Source: Octopus vulgaris (Eukaryota). From it: a stretch of DNA of 64,000 nt. The translations under genes and the position numbers were made by a program. The notes under the pieces are model-generated. The model worked only from the letters and a program-made list of their open reading frames with translations, did not search any database and was not told the origin of the DNA. Positions within the stretch are counted from its first letter, which is position 1. Every line of letters begins with the position of its first letter. The stretch lies in NCBI GenBank assembly GCA_951406725.2, contig OX597820.1:22816001-22880000 (forward strand), given 5' to 3'. Below, piece by piece: positions 24,971 to 36,612 of this stretch.

Positions 24971-26755
24971 TATCTTTGTGTTTTAGTTGTTTTATTCATT
25001 GGACTGCAGCCATGTTGGGGCACCACATTCAAGGGTTCAGTTGAACAAATGAACCCTAGTACTTAATTTGAAAGTCTGTCATTTATTCTATTAGTCCCTT
25101 TGCTGAACAACTAAGTTATGGGGATGTAAACAAACCAACATTGGTTGTCAAATGGTAATAAGCTACCTTACAGTTTCTTTCTAACAAATTCACTCAAGGA
25201 ATTGATTGACCCAGGGCTACAGTAGAATACACTTTCCAAAGGTGCCATAAAATGAGAATGAACCCAAAACGCATGGTTTCAAAGCAAGCTTCTTAACCAT
25301 CCAGCCAAATTTAATTCAAGTTACAATATATTGATAAACCTTTAGAAATATCTCTTTGTATTTAGTACTGACTAAAGTGAAACCATACATAATAAGAAGG
25401 AAAAGCACACCTGCTATGAGATACATTCCATAGAGGATAATTCTCTCTGTTAGTCTAGTAGTAATGAAAAGTTTACTGCTTTCTCTCCAGGATTTGATAT
25501 TTGTCATCCATTCTGTTGAATGGATTTTCAAATTTGGATATTCAGTAAGAAGAAAGAAAAAAAGCTAGTGAAGAGTGGGGCTATAGTCTCTCTCTCTCTC
25601 TCCCTAGGAAGTTATGGAATTAGTGGTTAACAATTGAAAACAAAGGCAGGGGATATATTATTGCAGTTCTCTTCTTCCTATGACAGGTTTTCTAAGTCTT
25701 TTGATCTCATTCATTACTGCAGGTAGAAACAACAAAAACACAGGTTTGTTGATCTAATTCGTTAACACAGGTTAAAAACAATATAAACATTCGTAATTAT
25801 AGAACAGAAATATCAACTCAGGTAACCAAATTAGTTCAATCAAATCGTCATCCCATACAATTTTCATGAAAAGCCTTTCAAATTTTAAAGGCATCTCCAC
25901 TACTGTGCCTTCATTTTCGAATTTTCATTTATTATAATTTGTTATAAATGGATTATTTATTTTCTATTGGTTTTTTTTTTTCTTCCCTGAGAAAAGCATC
26001 TTTATTGACAGTAGTCTTTCTCCGTCTATTAGATTACAGCCTGTAACAACATGACGAAGGAAAAAATAAAAGACCACCAAATAAACTTCAGCTCTTCAAA
26101 AAAAGTTAGCTATTCTCTATCAAAATATGACACATGGCAAAATAAAACATTAATTCATAATAACATTGTATATATTCATTTCTCTATGGATATAAAAATA
26201 ACTGAAATCAATCATTAATTCATAATAATTAGAAGCACCACCACTACCGCCACCCTGCCTTGCCAATCATAGGATATGTGAGTTTGCAAACATTAAAAAG
26301 AAATATTCGAGTTTTAGACATTTAAAATAAAAGCAAAGCTATTGTACATGAAAACTGCATTATAGTTTAGCACTGTGGAATTTTATTAATGTTTATTCAG
26401 AATTAAATCAATTCCAAGAGAAATGATATATAATGGAAGTAGAATATGTTATGTATGCATCTACCACCCTCAGAATATATTCACACACATACACACTGCT
26501 AAATGTATGTTTGGCTGTTTTGTGATCATAAACATGATTTCTAAATATTTACCTTCAATACATACTAGTCATCAACAAATTCCTATTTGCCACAGTTCTG
26601 TTCGAGCAGAAATTCCTATTAACTATAACGATTCTGTACTAGCAAAAATAACTATTTAAACCATTACATTTATATCTAATGTTAATTTTTTTATGTTCAG
26701 TTATAATAAAAACAATTTTACATTAATCTGATGGGTTACTTGATACTAATTTATT

Positions 26756-26881
26756 ATTCTTAAACAAGAATATTGTTGACAGTAACTTTGAATTTTCAGC
26801 CAGCTAAGCTCCAGCAGTCTGACAATGGCTTAGCTGACTGAAACTTTGAAGTCACTGTCAACAATATTCTTGTCTAAGAAT
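26756..26881. repeat. Hairpin: 54-bp inverted repeat with 18-nt loop
   Basis: 26756-26809 pairs with 26828-26881 with six non-Watson-Crick positions and no indels. Confidence 0.92.
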
Positions 26882-27016
26882 TATATGTATATCATATATT
26901 ATACGAGATGCACTCATGTTTTCTTAACAAACAAACAAAAAAGAAAGAAAAATAGTATAAAGTGTACAGATGCAATCTAAATGTAAACAAGAAGATATAA
27001 ACTTCAAGCTTGCTAC

Positions 27017-27037
27017 CTTGTTTTCCATACAATAAAG
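27017..27037 (-). CDS. Candidate 21-nt microexon (LYCMENK)
   Basis: gctgactctatcttttaatcag|CTTTATTGTATGGAAAACAAG|gtagca; CTGAC branch-like motif, open and in frame. Confidence 0.35.
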
Positions 27038-27620
27038 CTGATTAAAAGATAGAGTCAGCAGTCCCAACACGACAATCCACACCCACCAAAAAAATACAAA
27101 AAGTCTGCAACATGTTGCTTGCATAGAAGATATTTTTTTTGTTGATTTTTTTATAATTAGTTTGTAGTAGGAGGGGGCAACATTCCCATGACCTTTGCAG
27201 GCTCTCCAAGACAAGCAAGATCAATGTGGTTGATATTTACTTTGAACTTCTGCTGGTGGTTGTCTGTAGAAAAAAATCTAAGCAAGGAAGAAATTCCAGG
27301 TTGCTGGTAAAAGAGTTTCATGCATGATTTGCTGAGGAGGGTGGGAGGGAGAGGTAGGAATAGTAAGCGGAGCAACAACATGAGGAATAAGAGTGTTGTG
27401 TGGGGTTGGATAGAGGGGTGGGCAGCTTATTTGACCAAAGAAACAGAGACAGTTGTAACAAAGCTTTAAAAATAAAAAAGGGTAGAAAAGAAACAGCCCA
27501 TCTGTGAGCCAGAGATTTTAGAAACTGAGGATTTGCCAACCCACCAAATGGTCTTCTTTAGGAGGTAATCTAAAGTGTTTGAGCGTTTAGCAGCAGAGGC
27601 AGCAGCACATCATTGGTAAC

Positions 27621-27629
27621 CTTACGACA
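27621..27629 (-). CDS. Candidate 9-nt microexon (Cys-Arg-Lys)
   Basis: ccctctctctgctattttaacgcag|TGTCGTAAG|gttacc; good acceptor with UGC, weak donor. Confidence 0.35.
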
Positions 27630-28653
27630 CTGCGTTAAAATAGCAGAGAGAGGGATGGGGGCCAGTATACATGTTGCAAACATATGTAACTTCATATATG
27701 TAGTAGCTTCAAGTTCAGGCGCACTCTACAACATAGGCACAGGCATGGCTGTATAGTTAAGAAGTTCACCTCCTAGACAAATGGTTTAGGTTCAATTCCA
27801 TTGCACAGCACCTTGGGTAAGTATCTTCTAAAGCCTTGTGAATGGATTTGGTTAATATTTTAAATGCAAAACAAGGTACATAGGTAGTTCAATAAACTAC
27901 AGTGTCCTCTTACTAATTGACAACAGCTAGGTTAGCAAAATACCCTTTGAGATATTCAACAATTTAATGTGAAAAGGAGACTTAGATTCTGGAGAAATAT
28001 AACACAAATACAAAATTGATCAGAAAGAAAAGTATGAGAAATTTTGTTCTAATGTTGGATTAACAAATGGTATAAAAATATTTGAGAAAGTAGATATCAT
28101 TTTCTAAGTCTTTAAATGGAAACAATTTTTTTTTCCAAGTTTCAAATAATTTTAACTTAAATTTATGGAAGTTATAGGAAATTCTATTTCTTTGAAAAAC
28201 AGAAAAAGTTTTCACTACACTTTAATGGAAGTAGTTACTACACCGAAATCATAAACTGCTAAAGATATTTCATGAAAAAAAGTTTTAAAAAGCACTAGGT
28301 TAATACACCAAGTCCCCAATAGTTAACATAAACATATTACAGAGATGTAGTCAACTGTAACTTCAGGAAAAAACTACAAAATCTTTTTTGTTGTTTACTG
28401 AGAATATTATTTCATCAAGTTGGCAGAATTGTTAGAATGTTGGGATAAAACAGCTTCTCGTATTTGTTCAAACTCTTATATTCTGAGCTCAAATTCCACC
28501 AAGGTCAACTTAACCTTTCATCTCTAATGGGGTTGATAATGAAAAGTACCAGCCAAATACAAGGAGTTGATATAATCAACTGCCCCCTTCACCCATATGT
28601 TAGGCCTTATGCCTATGTTAGAAAATTATTTCCTAAATCTAAAATGAACATGT

Positions 28654-28770
28654 TTAACCCTTTTGATACAAACACCCCTGATTCTGTGATACAACATTTT
28701 TCATTATTTTTTCAATTAACTGAAAGAGGGGCAGTGCATTTCAACAGAAATACGATAACAAAAGGATTAA
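28654..28770. mobile_element. Short piggyBac-like (TTAA) MITE
   Basis: ttaacccttttgatac ... gataacaaaaggattaa. Confidence 0.7.
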
Positions 28771-28825
28771 TACCTTCAATTGTATTCTAAAACCAGTCTT
28801 AAGTTGACAAACAAAAGCAGTAATA

Positions 28826-29242
28826 GCTCTCTTTTACTTGTTTCAGTCATTTGACTGTGGCCATGCTGGAGCACCGCCTTTAGTCGAGCAAATCGACCCC
28901 AGGGCTTATTTTTTTGTAAGCCCAGTAGTTAGTTAGTTAGTTACTTATTCTATTGGTCTCTTTTGCTGAACCACTAAGTTACGGGGACGTAAACACATCA
29001 GCATTGTATGTCTGTGTTTGTCCCCCTAACATCACTTGACAACCAAACACACACACACACATATATATATATACATATATACGACAGGCATCTTCCAGTT
29101 TCCACCTACCAAATCCACTCACAAGGCTTTGGTCAGCCTCAGGTTTATAGTAGAAAACACTTGCCCAAGGTGCCCCGCAGTGGGACTGAACCCAAAACCA
29201 TGTGATTGGTAAGCAAGCTACTTACCACACAGCCACTCCTGC
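28826..29242 (-). mobile_element. SINE family A, internally deleted
   Basis: ttttacttgtttcagtcatttgactg...cttaccacacagccactcctgc. Confidence 0.85.
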
Positions 29243-29820
29243 TGTGTATTGCTTCATCATGAAAGAGACACAACTATAGAGAATACACAAGGAAGCTTCA
29301 ATTTCTTACATTTAGAGGAATTACTAACTAATGTCAGAGCAAACTTATATAATTTATTGTTTGTGTCACTACTACAATCACTGATAAGAAAATGTCCTGA
29401 CTTCTTTACTAAAAATTACATTAACACAGAAATGAGGGGGAAAAAAAATTTTTTTTTTTTTTTGTTTGCTTTGGTTTTTCATTTTGTTTGTTTATTTTAA
29501 ATTTAGATAATTTTGTATAAATTATTAGAGCATATATTTTTTATTTTGCAGCCAGATACCTTTTGCAACACTAAGTAATCAATATCATGAAATTAAAGTG
29601 TTATCTGCTTCCAGCTAATTGGTTGATTAAAGTTAAACAGTATTAATGTAATTTATTTAGAAGTCAATACCAGTAACAGACTTTCAAATCAATGGATTTA
29701 CACCAGTGCTCCATCTTCTAAACTCACCAATATTGCACCCAAGTAAATACATTCTACGAGACAGGTAAGATTTCATTCACCATCATTGTACACACATTAT
29801 AGGCACAGATATAGTTGTTG

Positions 29821-30140
29821 TCATCATCATCATCATTGTTTAACGTCTGCTTTCCATGCTAGCATGGGTTGGACAATTTGACTGAGGTCTGGCGAACCAG
29901 ATGGCTGCACCAGACTCCATTCTGATCTGGCAGAGTTTCTACAGCTGGATGCCCTTCCTAACGCCAACCGCTCCGAGAGTGCAGTGGGTGCGTTTACATG
30001 CCACCAGCACGAGGGCCAGTCAGGCGGTACTGGCAATGGCCACGCTCAAATGGTGCTTTTTATGTGCCACCTGCACAGGAGCCAGTCCAGCAGCACTGGC
30101 AATGACCTCGCTTGAATGCCACCAGCACAAGTGCCAGGTG
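29821..30140 (-). mobile_element. Retroposon family C
   Basis: (CAT)n followed by gtttaacgtctgctttccatgctagcatggg... Confidence 0.75.
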
Positions 30141-30589
30141 AACAATTTTATTTCACAACCCTGTGAATTCAAGTGCATAAGGGTTTTATACGATGGGCCA
30201 AAGCCTAACAATGCTCTGTGAGTGAATAAGGGGCATGTTTACTGAACAAAAGCCTGTCGTGTGTGTGTGTGTGTGCGTAATATGATGAACTCTCCTGTCA
30301 TAAACAACAGATGAGGGTTCCGTACCTTTCGCCCAAGAACCTAAACAGATGATTTCTTTACAGCGATCAAATGCTTGTGCTGTACATGAGCTCACACTCT
30401 CTATCAAACTGACATTATCTGTGAGGGCTCGTGGTGTGCAATACATCAGGTGTCAAAGTGATCACAGATTAAACTGAGAATATCAGACTAGGCCTCCTGT
30501 ACAAATGTATACGCATGTGTGCACACATGCACATTTATATGAACGATTACATGCTGCAAGATGTACACACTGATTGCAACCTCTGTCCT

Positions 30590-30911
30590 CAGCTGGTACT
30601 TATTTTACTGATCCTAAAAGGCTGAAAGGCAACCTCAGTAACATTTCAGCTCAGAATGTAAAGCCAAAAGAAATGCTGCTCAGTATTCTGTCTGGCATCT
30701 TAAAAATCTTATCAACTGACCACCTTAATAATAATAATAATAATAATAATAGCACAGGGTCAGTAATTACTAGTACATATTTTATTGACCCCGAAAGAAT
30801 GGAAGGCAAAGTCGATCTCAGCAGAATTTGAGCTCCGAACTTAAAAGCAAATTAAGTGCTGCTAAGCATTTTGCCAGGCATGCTAATGATTCTGCCAGCT
30901 AGCCACCTTAA

Positions 30912-30942
<31 letters not shown>

Positions 30943-31325
30943 CCTTTCTACTATAGGCACAAGGCCTGAAATTTGTGGGGAGGGGTGAGTCGACCACATC
31001 AACCCCAGTGTTTCTACTGGTACTTAATTTATTGACCCCGAAAGAATGAAAGGCAAAGTCAACCTCAACGGAGTTTGAACTCAGAATGTATTGATGGGCG
31101 AAATGCCACTAAGAATTTTGCCTGCCATGCTAACAATTCTGCCAACTTGCCACTTTAATAATAATAATAATCTTTTTTTTTTTTTTTTTGTAGGCACAAG
31201 GCCTGAAATTTGGTGGGAGGGAGCTAGTCAACTGCATCAACCCCAGTACTCAACAGGGTACTTATTTTATTGACCCTGAAAGCAAGAAAGATAAAGTCAA
31301 CTTTTGGCAGAATTTGGACTCAATA
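30590..31325 (-). mobile_element. Head-to-tail array of about 4 family B SINE copies separated by (AAT)n
   Basis: Repeated ttattgaccccgaaagaatgaaaggcaaagtc...gccagc..gccacctt units. Confidence 0.85.
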
Positions 31326-33013
31326 TAAAGAACTAATAATAATTTCTCCTATTTGCTACAAGGCATAGATGAGGGGGGGGGGGGGTTCATTCACTCATTA
31401 ATAATAACAACAACAAGTGTCAAAATACTTCTTAAATTATATAATAAATAAGAAGACCAATATTATCCACGAAAATTATTTTCTGATAATAGTCTGTGAA
31501 AGAAATATAAACTTAGTTTGAATTAAAACAAAACAAAAAAGAAGAAAGAAAAAGAAAGAAATAATGAACAAAAACATTCTTCTCCCCACCCCAGACTAGA
31601 CAAAAAAAAATCAACACATCTAGTGATGAGTATAAATGAAAAAGGATTCTCAGACACACATGCACACACAATCAATCAACAGGACTGAACAATGTGATGT
31701 CTCTGACAAGTAGCACAACAAATTTTTAAAAATCAATGGAAAACATTTATTTATCTATTTTATTTTGCATTTATGCTTTCTAGAAAGCACAAATCAAAAT
31801 TTATTTTTCAAGTAACCCAAGCTAATGTAATCTTGTCCTCTAAAATGACTGAAAAGTTTAAAATCATTAAAAAAAAAAAAAATTTTTTTAAATGATTTAA
31901 AATGTTTTTATTTATTTTTCTCTTTTTTGTTTTGTTTTAGTATATATATATATTTTTTTTGTTGTTTTCTTATTTCAGAATCAATAACTACACACAGTTT
32001 TACTACAGCAATAAATCCAAAATCGATTAATACTATAAATATACATGATAAAAATCTTTTTTTTTTCTTCGTTGTATTTTTGTTTGTTTATTAGAAACAA
32101 TATAGCAGAGTAAAAATTGTTAATTCTCAAATCTATAAATTTACAAATTTTTTAAAAGTATACTGAAAGGATAGGTAAGATTAATAAAGCAATTTCTTAT
32201 GCTGATATAACACCTAAAAGTTATTGAAAAAAAAAAAACTTTTATTAAATGTGAACATCAAGAATTTTTCCCAAGAGAATTAGCAATGAATGAAAAGGGA
32301 TTTATAGCTCTAAATTGAAGCCTGGGGTCATGGACTCAATTTATCAACATCTACAGCAGTGGCTGTGGTGGTGGTGGTAGTGGTATCAATTATTATTATA
32401 TGATCAATAATTATATAGACAGATAGAGTTGTGAGTGGCATAGAATCTTAAGAACTAAGCACACACTGAGTCAGTCTGATATACAATTTCACTTTTAACT
32501 TTCACTGCAAATGCCATTAAAAGCGAAAATATGACCAAAGTAAAGATCTGCTTCCACCCATTGAAATATACATGTGACATTAAGAATTGTCAAAAGAAAT
32601 TGAGAATTATACACTTTCCCACTTGGAACAATGTCAGTTTTCTACTCCATCTCTTTGATGGAGTAGAAAAATTGACATGATGGAGTACCACCCTTTTAAA
32701 ATCAACTTCTGTATATTGATGGCATTTATTTCTCGAACACGGACCATTTAAGTAAAATATGAACGACACAAAATCTATTTCCATTCCACCTTACTCACCA
32801 CCCAATGTGTGGGTGACCTTACGAATTATCAAAGAAATCAATAATGATTTGTTTTCACCTGGAACAGAGTCAATTTTTTATAACACCTTCAACCACCAAA
32901 TGGTGGGTACCATTTGTTAAAAAATCACTTCTTCTATAATACTTGTATTTATCTAAAGAAATCAGCTGCATGAAACTGGATAAGGTTTTAGTTTCATTAT
33001 TTACTGCTATCTA

Positions 33014-33975
33014 AGGTGGCAAGTTGGCAGAATCGTTAGCATACCAAACAGCATTTCTTCCGGCTTTTTACATTCTGAGGTCTAATCCTCACCTTGGTTC
33101 ACTTTGCCTTTCATGATCAATAAAATATGTATCAGTTGAGCATTGGATCAATGTAATCACCTTCTTGGAGTTGTTGAACTTATGCCCAAATTTGAAACAA
33201 TTATTATTATTATTGAAAGAGTGCATGCCTAGTGGTTAGGGTGCTGATCTAGCTATTGTGATTTCAATTCCTAGACCAGGTGGTGCATTGTGTTTTTAAG
33301 CAAAACACTTCAACTCACATTGCTCTCCGATCACTTTGACACCTGACACATGGTACACCATGTGCCTGTTCAGATAATGTCAATTTGATGGAGAGAGTGA
33401 GCTAATGTGTGGCACAAACATTTGATCACTAGAAAACAAACTATTTGTGCAGGTCGTTTGGCAAAAGCTGAATGTTCATATGTCATCTTCAATGGGAGAA
33501 CCCATTATTATTATTATTAAGGTGGCAAGCTGACAGAATCCTTAGCACACCAGGCGAAATGCTTAGCGGTATTTTGCCCATCACCACATTCTGATTTCAA
33601 ATTCTGCCAAGGTCAACTTTGCCTTTCATGGTCGATAAATTAAGTACACTGGGAGTCAATAATATCAACTAGTCCACTGCCCACAAATTTCAGGCCTTGT
33701 GCCTCCAGTAGAAAGGATTATCATTATTATTATTATTATCATTAAGGTGGCAATCTGGCATACCGAGCATACTGAGCAAAATGCTTAGCTGCATTTCTTC
33801 TGGCTGTCTATGTTATGTGTTCAAATCCTGCCAAGGTCAACTCTGCCTCTCACCCTTTCAAGAAATGATAAAATAAGGCACAAGTACTAGCGTTTTTGTT
33901 ATCAACCAGCCCCCACTCAACCCCCACCCACTCCCCTTGAAACTGTTGGCCTTGTGGCATAATTGGAAATAATCA
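33014..33975 (+). mobile_element. Array of 3 family B SINEs plus one other tRNA-SINE (33218-33505), separated by (TTA)n
   Basis: Repeated aaggtggcaa..tg.ca heads at about 33015, 33520 and 33745. Confidence 0.85.
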
Positions 33976-34279
33976 TTTACATCCATAATCAATACCAGTA
34001 ACTTTTGGCAGAGCAGGGCTTCTTTAGATGAATCCAAGACATTATGAGAGCCAATTTCATTAAGACTGGAATGACAAAGGGCAAAGCCTGACCTCGGCAG
34101 AATTTGACATTAAAAAAGCATGGTGAAGTGCCAAATTATCATGTAATAAGGTGTAATGATTTCCTTATGAAGGCCCAAAAGCACAGATCTACAGGGAGGA
34201 AGCAAAACTGATGATTGGATTAATGGTGCCATTCAAAAGAATTGGTTCCAAGACAAGATCAAAGCTTGCCAGAGCTTAC

Positions 34280-34285
34280 CTCATG
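34280..34285 (-). CDS. Candidate 6-nt microexon (His-Glu) of liprin-alpha
   Basis: Minus strand reads ...ttcttctttcattcatttgtgccatacag|CATGAG|gtaagc: long pyrimidine tract, UGC next to the acceptor, consensus donor, frame-preserving. Confidence 0.6.
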
Positions 34286-34968
34286 CTGTATGGCACAAAT
34301 GAATGAAAGAAGAAGAGGGAAGAAAAAGAAGAAAAAATATAGAAAACAAAAAAGAAAAAGATGAAGAACAACAACAAGGTGATGATGATTTCTATTTTTA
34401 GAACTAAAAACTTGAATTTCAGATAATGGAGAAATAAGCTGCAGTGAACTTCATGTCTTCGTCAATAGCAGGAACAAAACAAAGTAAATAGTTCTAACTT
34501 GAGAATTGAAGCTGCCATTCATTGCACAGACATAAATCTAAAGCTAAAATTATTTTAACAATATACACACACACACACATTCTCCCCTACCTTACATTTA
34601 GATTAAAGGATTGACTACAAGGAAAACATCTTATGGCATATTAGAAGATGTATTTCTAAGTAGTGTGACTGGTATAAGGAAGAAGAAACAAGCTCAAATT
34701 ACACACGAATAATTATAAATACACGATGTTAGCACATTTTATTATGTGATTAAGGCAGAACCACCTAGTGTCAGTAAAAGAAGGAACTGGAGTGGTGCCA
34801 TATCAAACAAAGCAAGCACATCAAACTCAATCTCAGTATTGGATAATACTGTGAAAGTTTTGATGCCAAATTTTGTCTGAGTTCCCTAAAATAAAAACAA
34901 AAATCCTATGAACTGAAGCTGGTTTGAAATAAAATTGTAGGAAAAAATGTACAGGGTTATGTACTTAC

Positions 34969-35043
34969 TTCTTGATTAGCATTAGATAATTCTTCTTCTA
35001 ATACTGCAACTCGTTCCAAAGATACCCGTAGTCGTTCCCGGAC
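34969..35043 (-). CDS. PPFIA: Liprin-alpha coding exon, 75 nt, phase 0/0
   Basis: Translates to VRERLRVSLERVAVLEEELSNANQE, the direct continuation of ...ALDEK in liprin-alpha; acceptor gttttag, donor GAA|gtaagt. Confidence 0.95.
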
Positions 35044-35985
35044 CTAAAACGAAATGCAAAATTCAACATGTAAAAGAGATTCATACAAGTATATAAATTT
35101 ATGCTATTGTAGCAATAAACATAAAAATGTGCTGAAAAAATTTTTTTTTAAAAAAGGGAGTAACTTAACTTTTGAGTAAAGCAATACAGCAAGAAACACA
35201 ACTAGTATCACTTGAACCAAAACAGATTGTAGTGACACTATAAGTTTTAGAAGTTAGACCAAATAGAGGTTAGCAATAAATGATAATGATATATGAAATT
35301 TAAAGAGATAGAGTTAGGGGCCATTTAGCTTAATGGTCAGAGCACTCAGCCTGTATGGGATTTGACACTCCATAACCATCTGCTGGCAAGTCTTTTGCAA
35401 GGTGGTGCCCTAGCATGGCCACAATATCAAATGGCTGAAACAAATAACAAAAAACACACACACACTCAATCAAGATAGTATAAAATTCTTTTAAACAACT
35501 CATTTCACCAAATGTGATTCATGGAACATCAAATAATTTTCCAAAGTTCTTTTAGTGTGGAACCTCCCTTATCAGTAGCATTTATGAACTGATCAAATGT
35601 GTAGCAAAGATAATATACTTTAAATGTTGCAGTAACACCTGGGTCCATTGTTTGCAAAAGAGAAGTTCTATTGGGCAGCATAAATGCTAATCTAACTTTT
35701 GAATGGTGGTGCTATAGAGATTGCGAAGAAATGGCATTATCTTTGATTAGTAACACATGGATATGAATGCTTCTTTTTATTTTGATATTTCTTTCATTTC
35801 ATATATGAAGTAATGCAAAAACAAATCTATCTCCAAAAATGCATTAGTAACCCAAGCATTTTTTGCTCTCCATATGAATGGAAACACAGCCTTACAAAAC
35901 CTTTCAGTGCTCTTGGATTTTCAACACAATGAATGGCTCTTAGCCACTAGTTACATTACTTCTAAACAATAACATTAACAGATAT

Positions 35986-36330
35986 CGAGCTGGCAGAAAC
36001 GTTAGCACGCCAGGCAAAAGGCTTAGCAGTATTTCATCTGCCGTTACGTTCTGAGTTCAAATTCTGCCGAGGTTAACTTTGCCTTTCATTCTTTCAGGGT
36101 TGATAAATTAAGTACCAGTTAAGCACTGGGGTCGATGTAATCGACTTAATCCGTTTGTCTGTCCTTGCCTAGGCGTAGGAGTGGCTGTGTGGTAAGTAGC
36201 TTGCTTACCAACCACATAGTTCTGGGTTCAGTTCTACTGCTTGGCACCTTGGGCAAGTATCTTTTACTATAGCCTCGGGCCAACCAAAACCCCCTGTGAG
36301 TGGATTTGATAAATGGAAACTGAAAGAAGC

Positions 36331-36372
<42 letters not shown>

Positions 36373-36612
36373 GTGTGTGTGTGTGTGTGTGTGCGTGCAT
36401 ATGTTTGTGTGTCTGTGTTTGTCCCCCAACATTGCTTGACAACCGATGCAGGTGTGTTTATGTCCCCGTAACTTAGCAGTTTGGCAAAAGAGACCAATAG
36501 AATAAGTACTAGGCTTACAAAGAATAAGTCCTAGGGGTCGATTTGCTCGACTAAAGGCGGTGCTCCAGTATGGCCACAGTCAAATGACTGAAACAAGTAA
36601 AAGAGTAAAAGA
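35986..36612 (+). mobile_element. Family B SINE (3' truncated) followed by a full, young family A SINE
   Basis: cgagctggcagaaacg...gtccttg, then ggcgtaggagtggctgtgtggtaag...aagagtaaaagag. Confidence 0.88.

Larger units (their letters stand above)
8723..34968 (-). other. PPFIA: Liprin-alpha intron, about 26.2 kb, GT-AG; may be subdivided by microexons
   Basis: Bounded by the donor of the 35.0 kb exon and the acceptor of the 8.7 kb exon; spliced peptide NANQE|LFTLREQ. Confidence 0.8.

Noticed and set aside
32145-32162. 18-nt AG..GT unit (YTFKKF); similar weak units at 19552-19569, 31590-31595 and about 27193-27201
   Set aside because: Either the donor or the acceptor is poor; within chance expectation for a long AT-rich intron.
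30590-33975. Regularly repeated units resembling a CRISPR-like array
   Set aside because: Units are 140-220 bp diverged SINE copies with microsatellite spacers in eukaryotic intron DNA; there are no short identical repeats with unique spacers and no cas genes.
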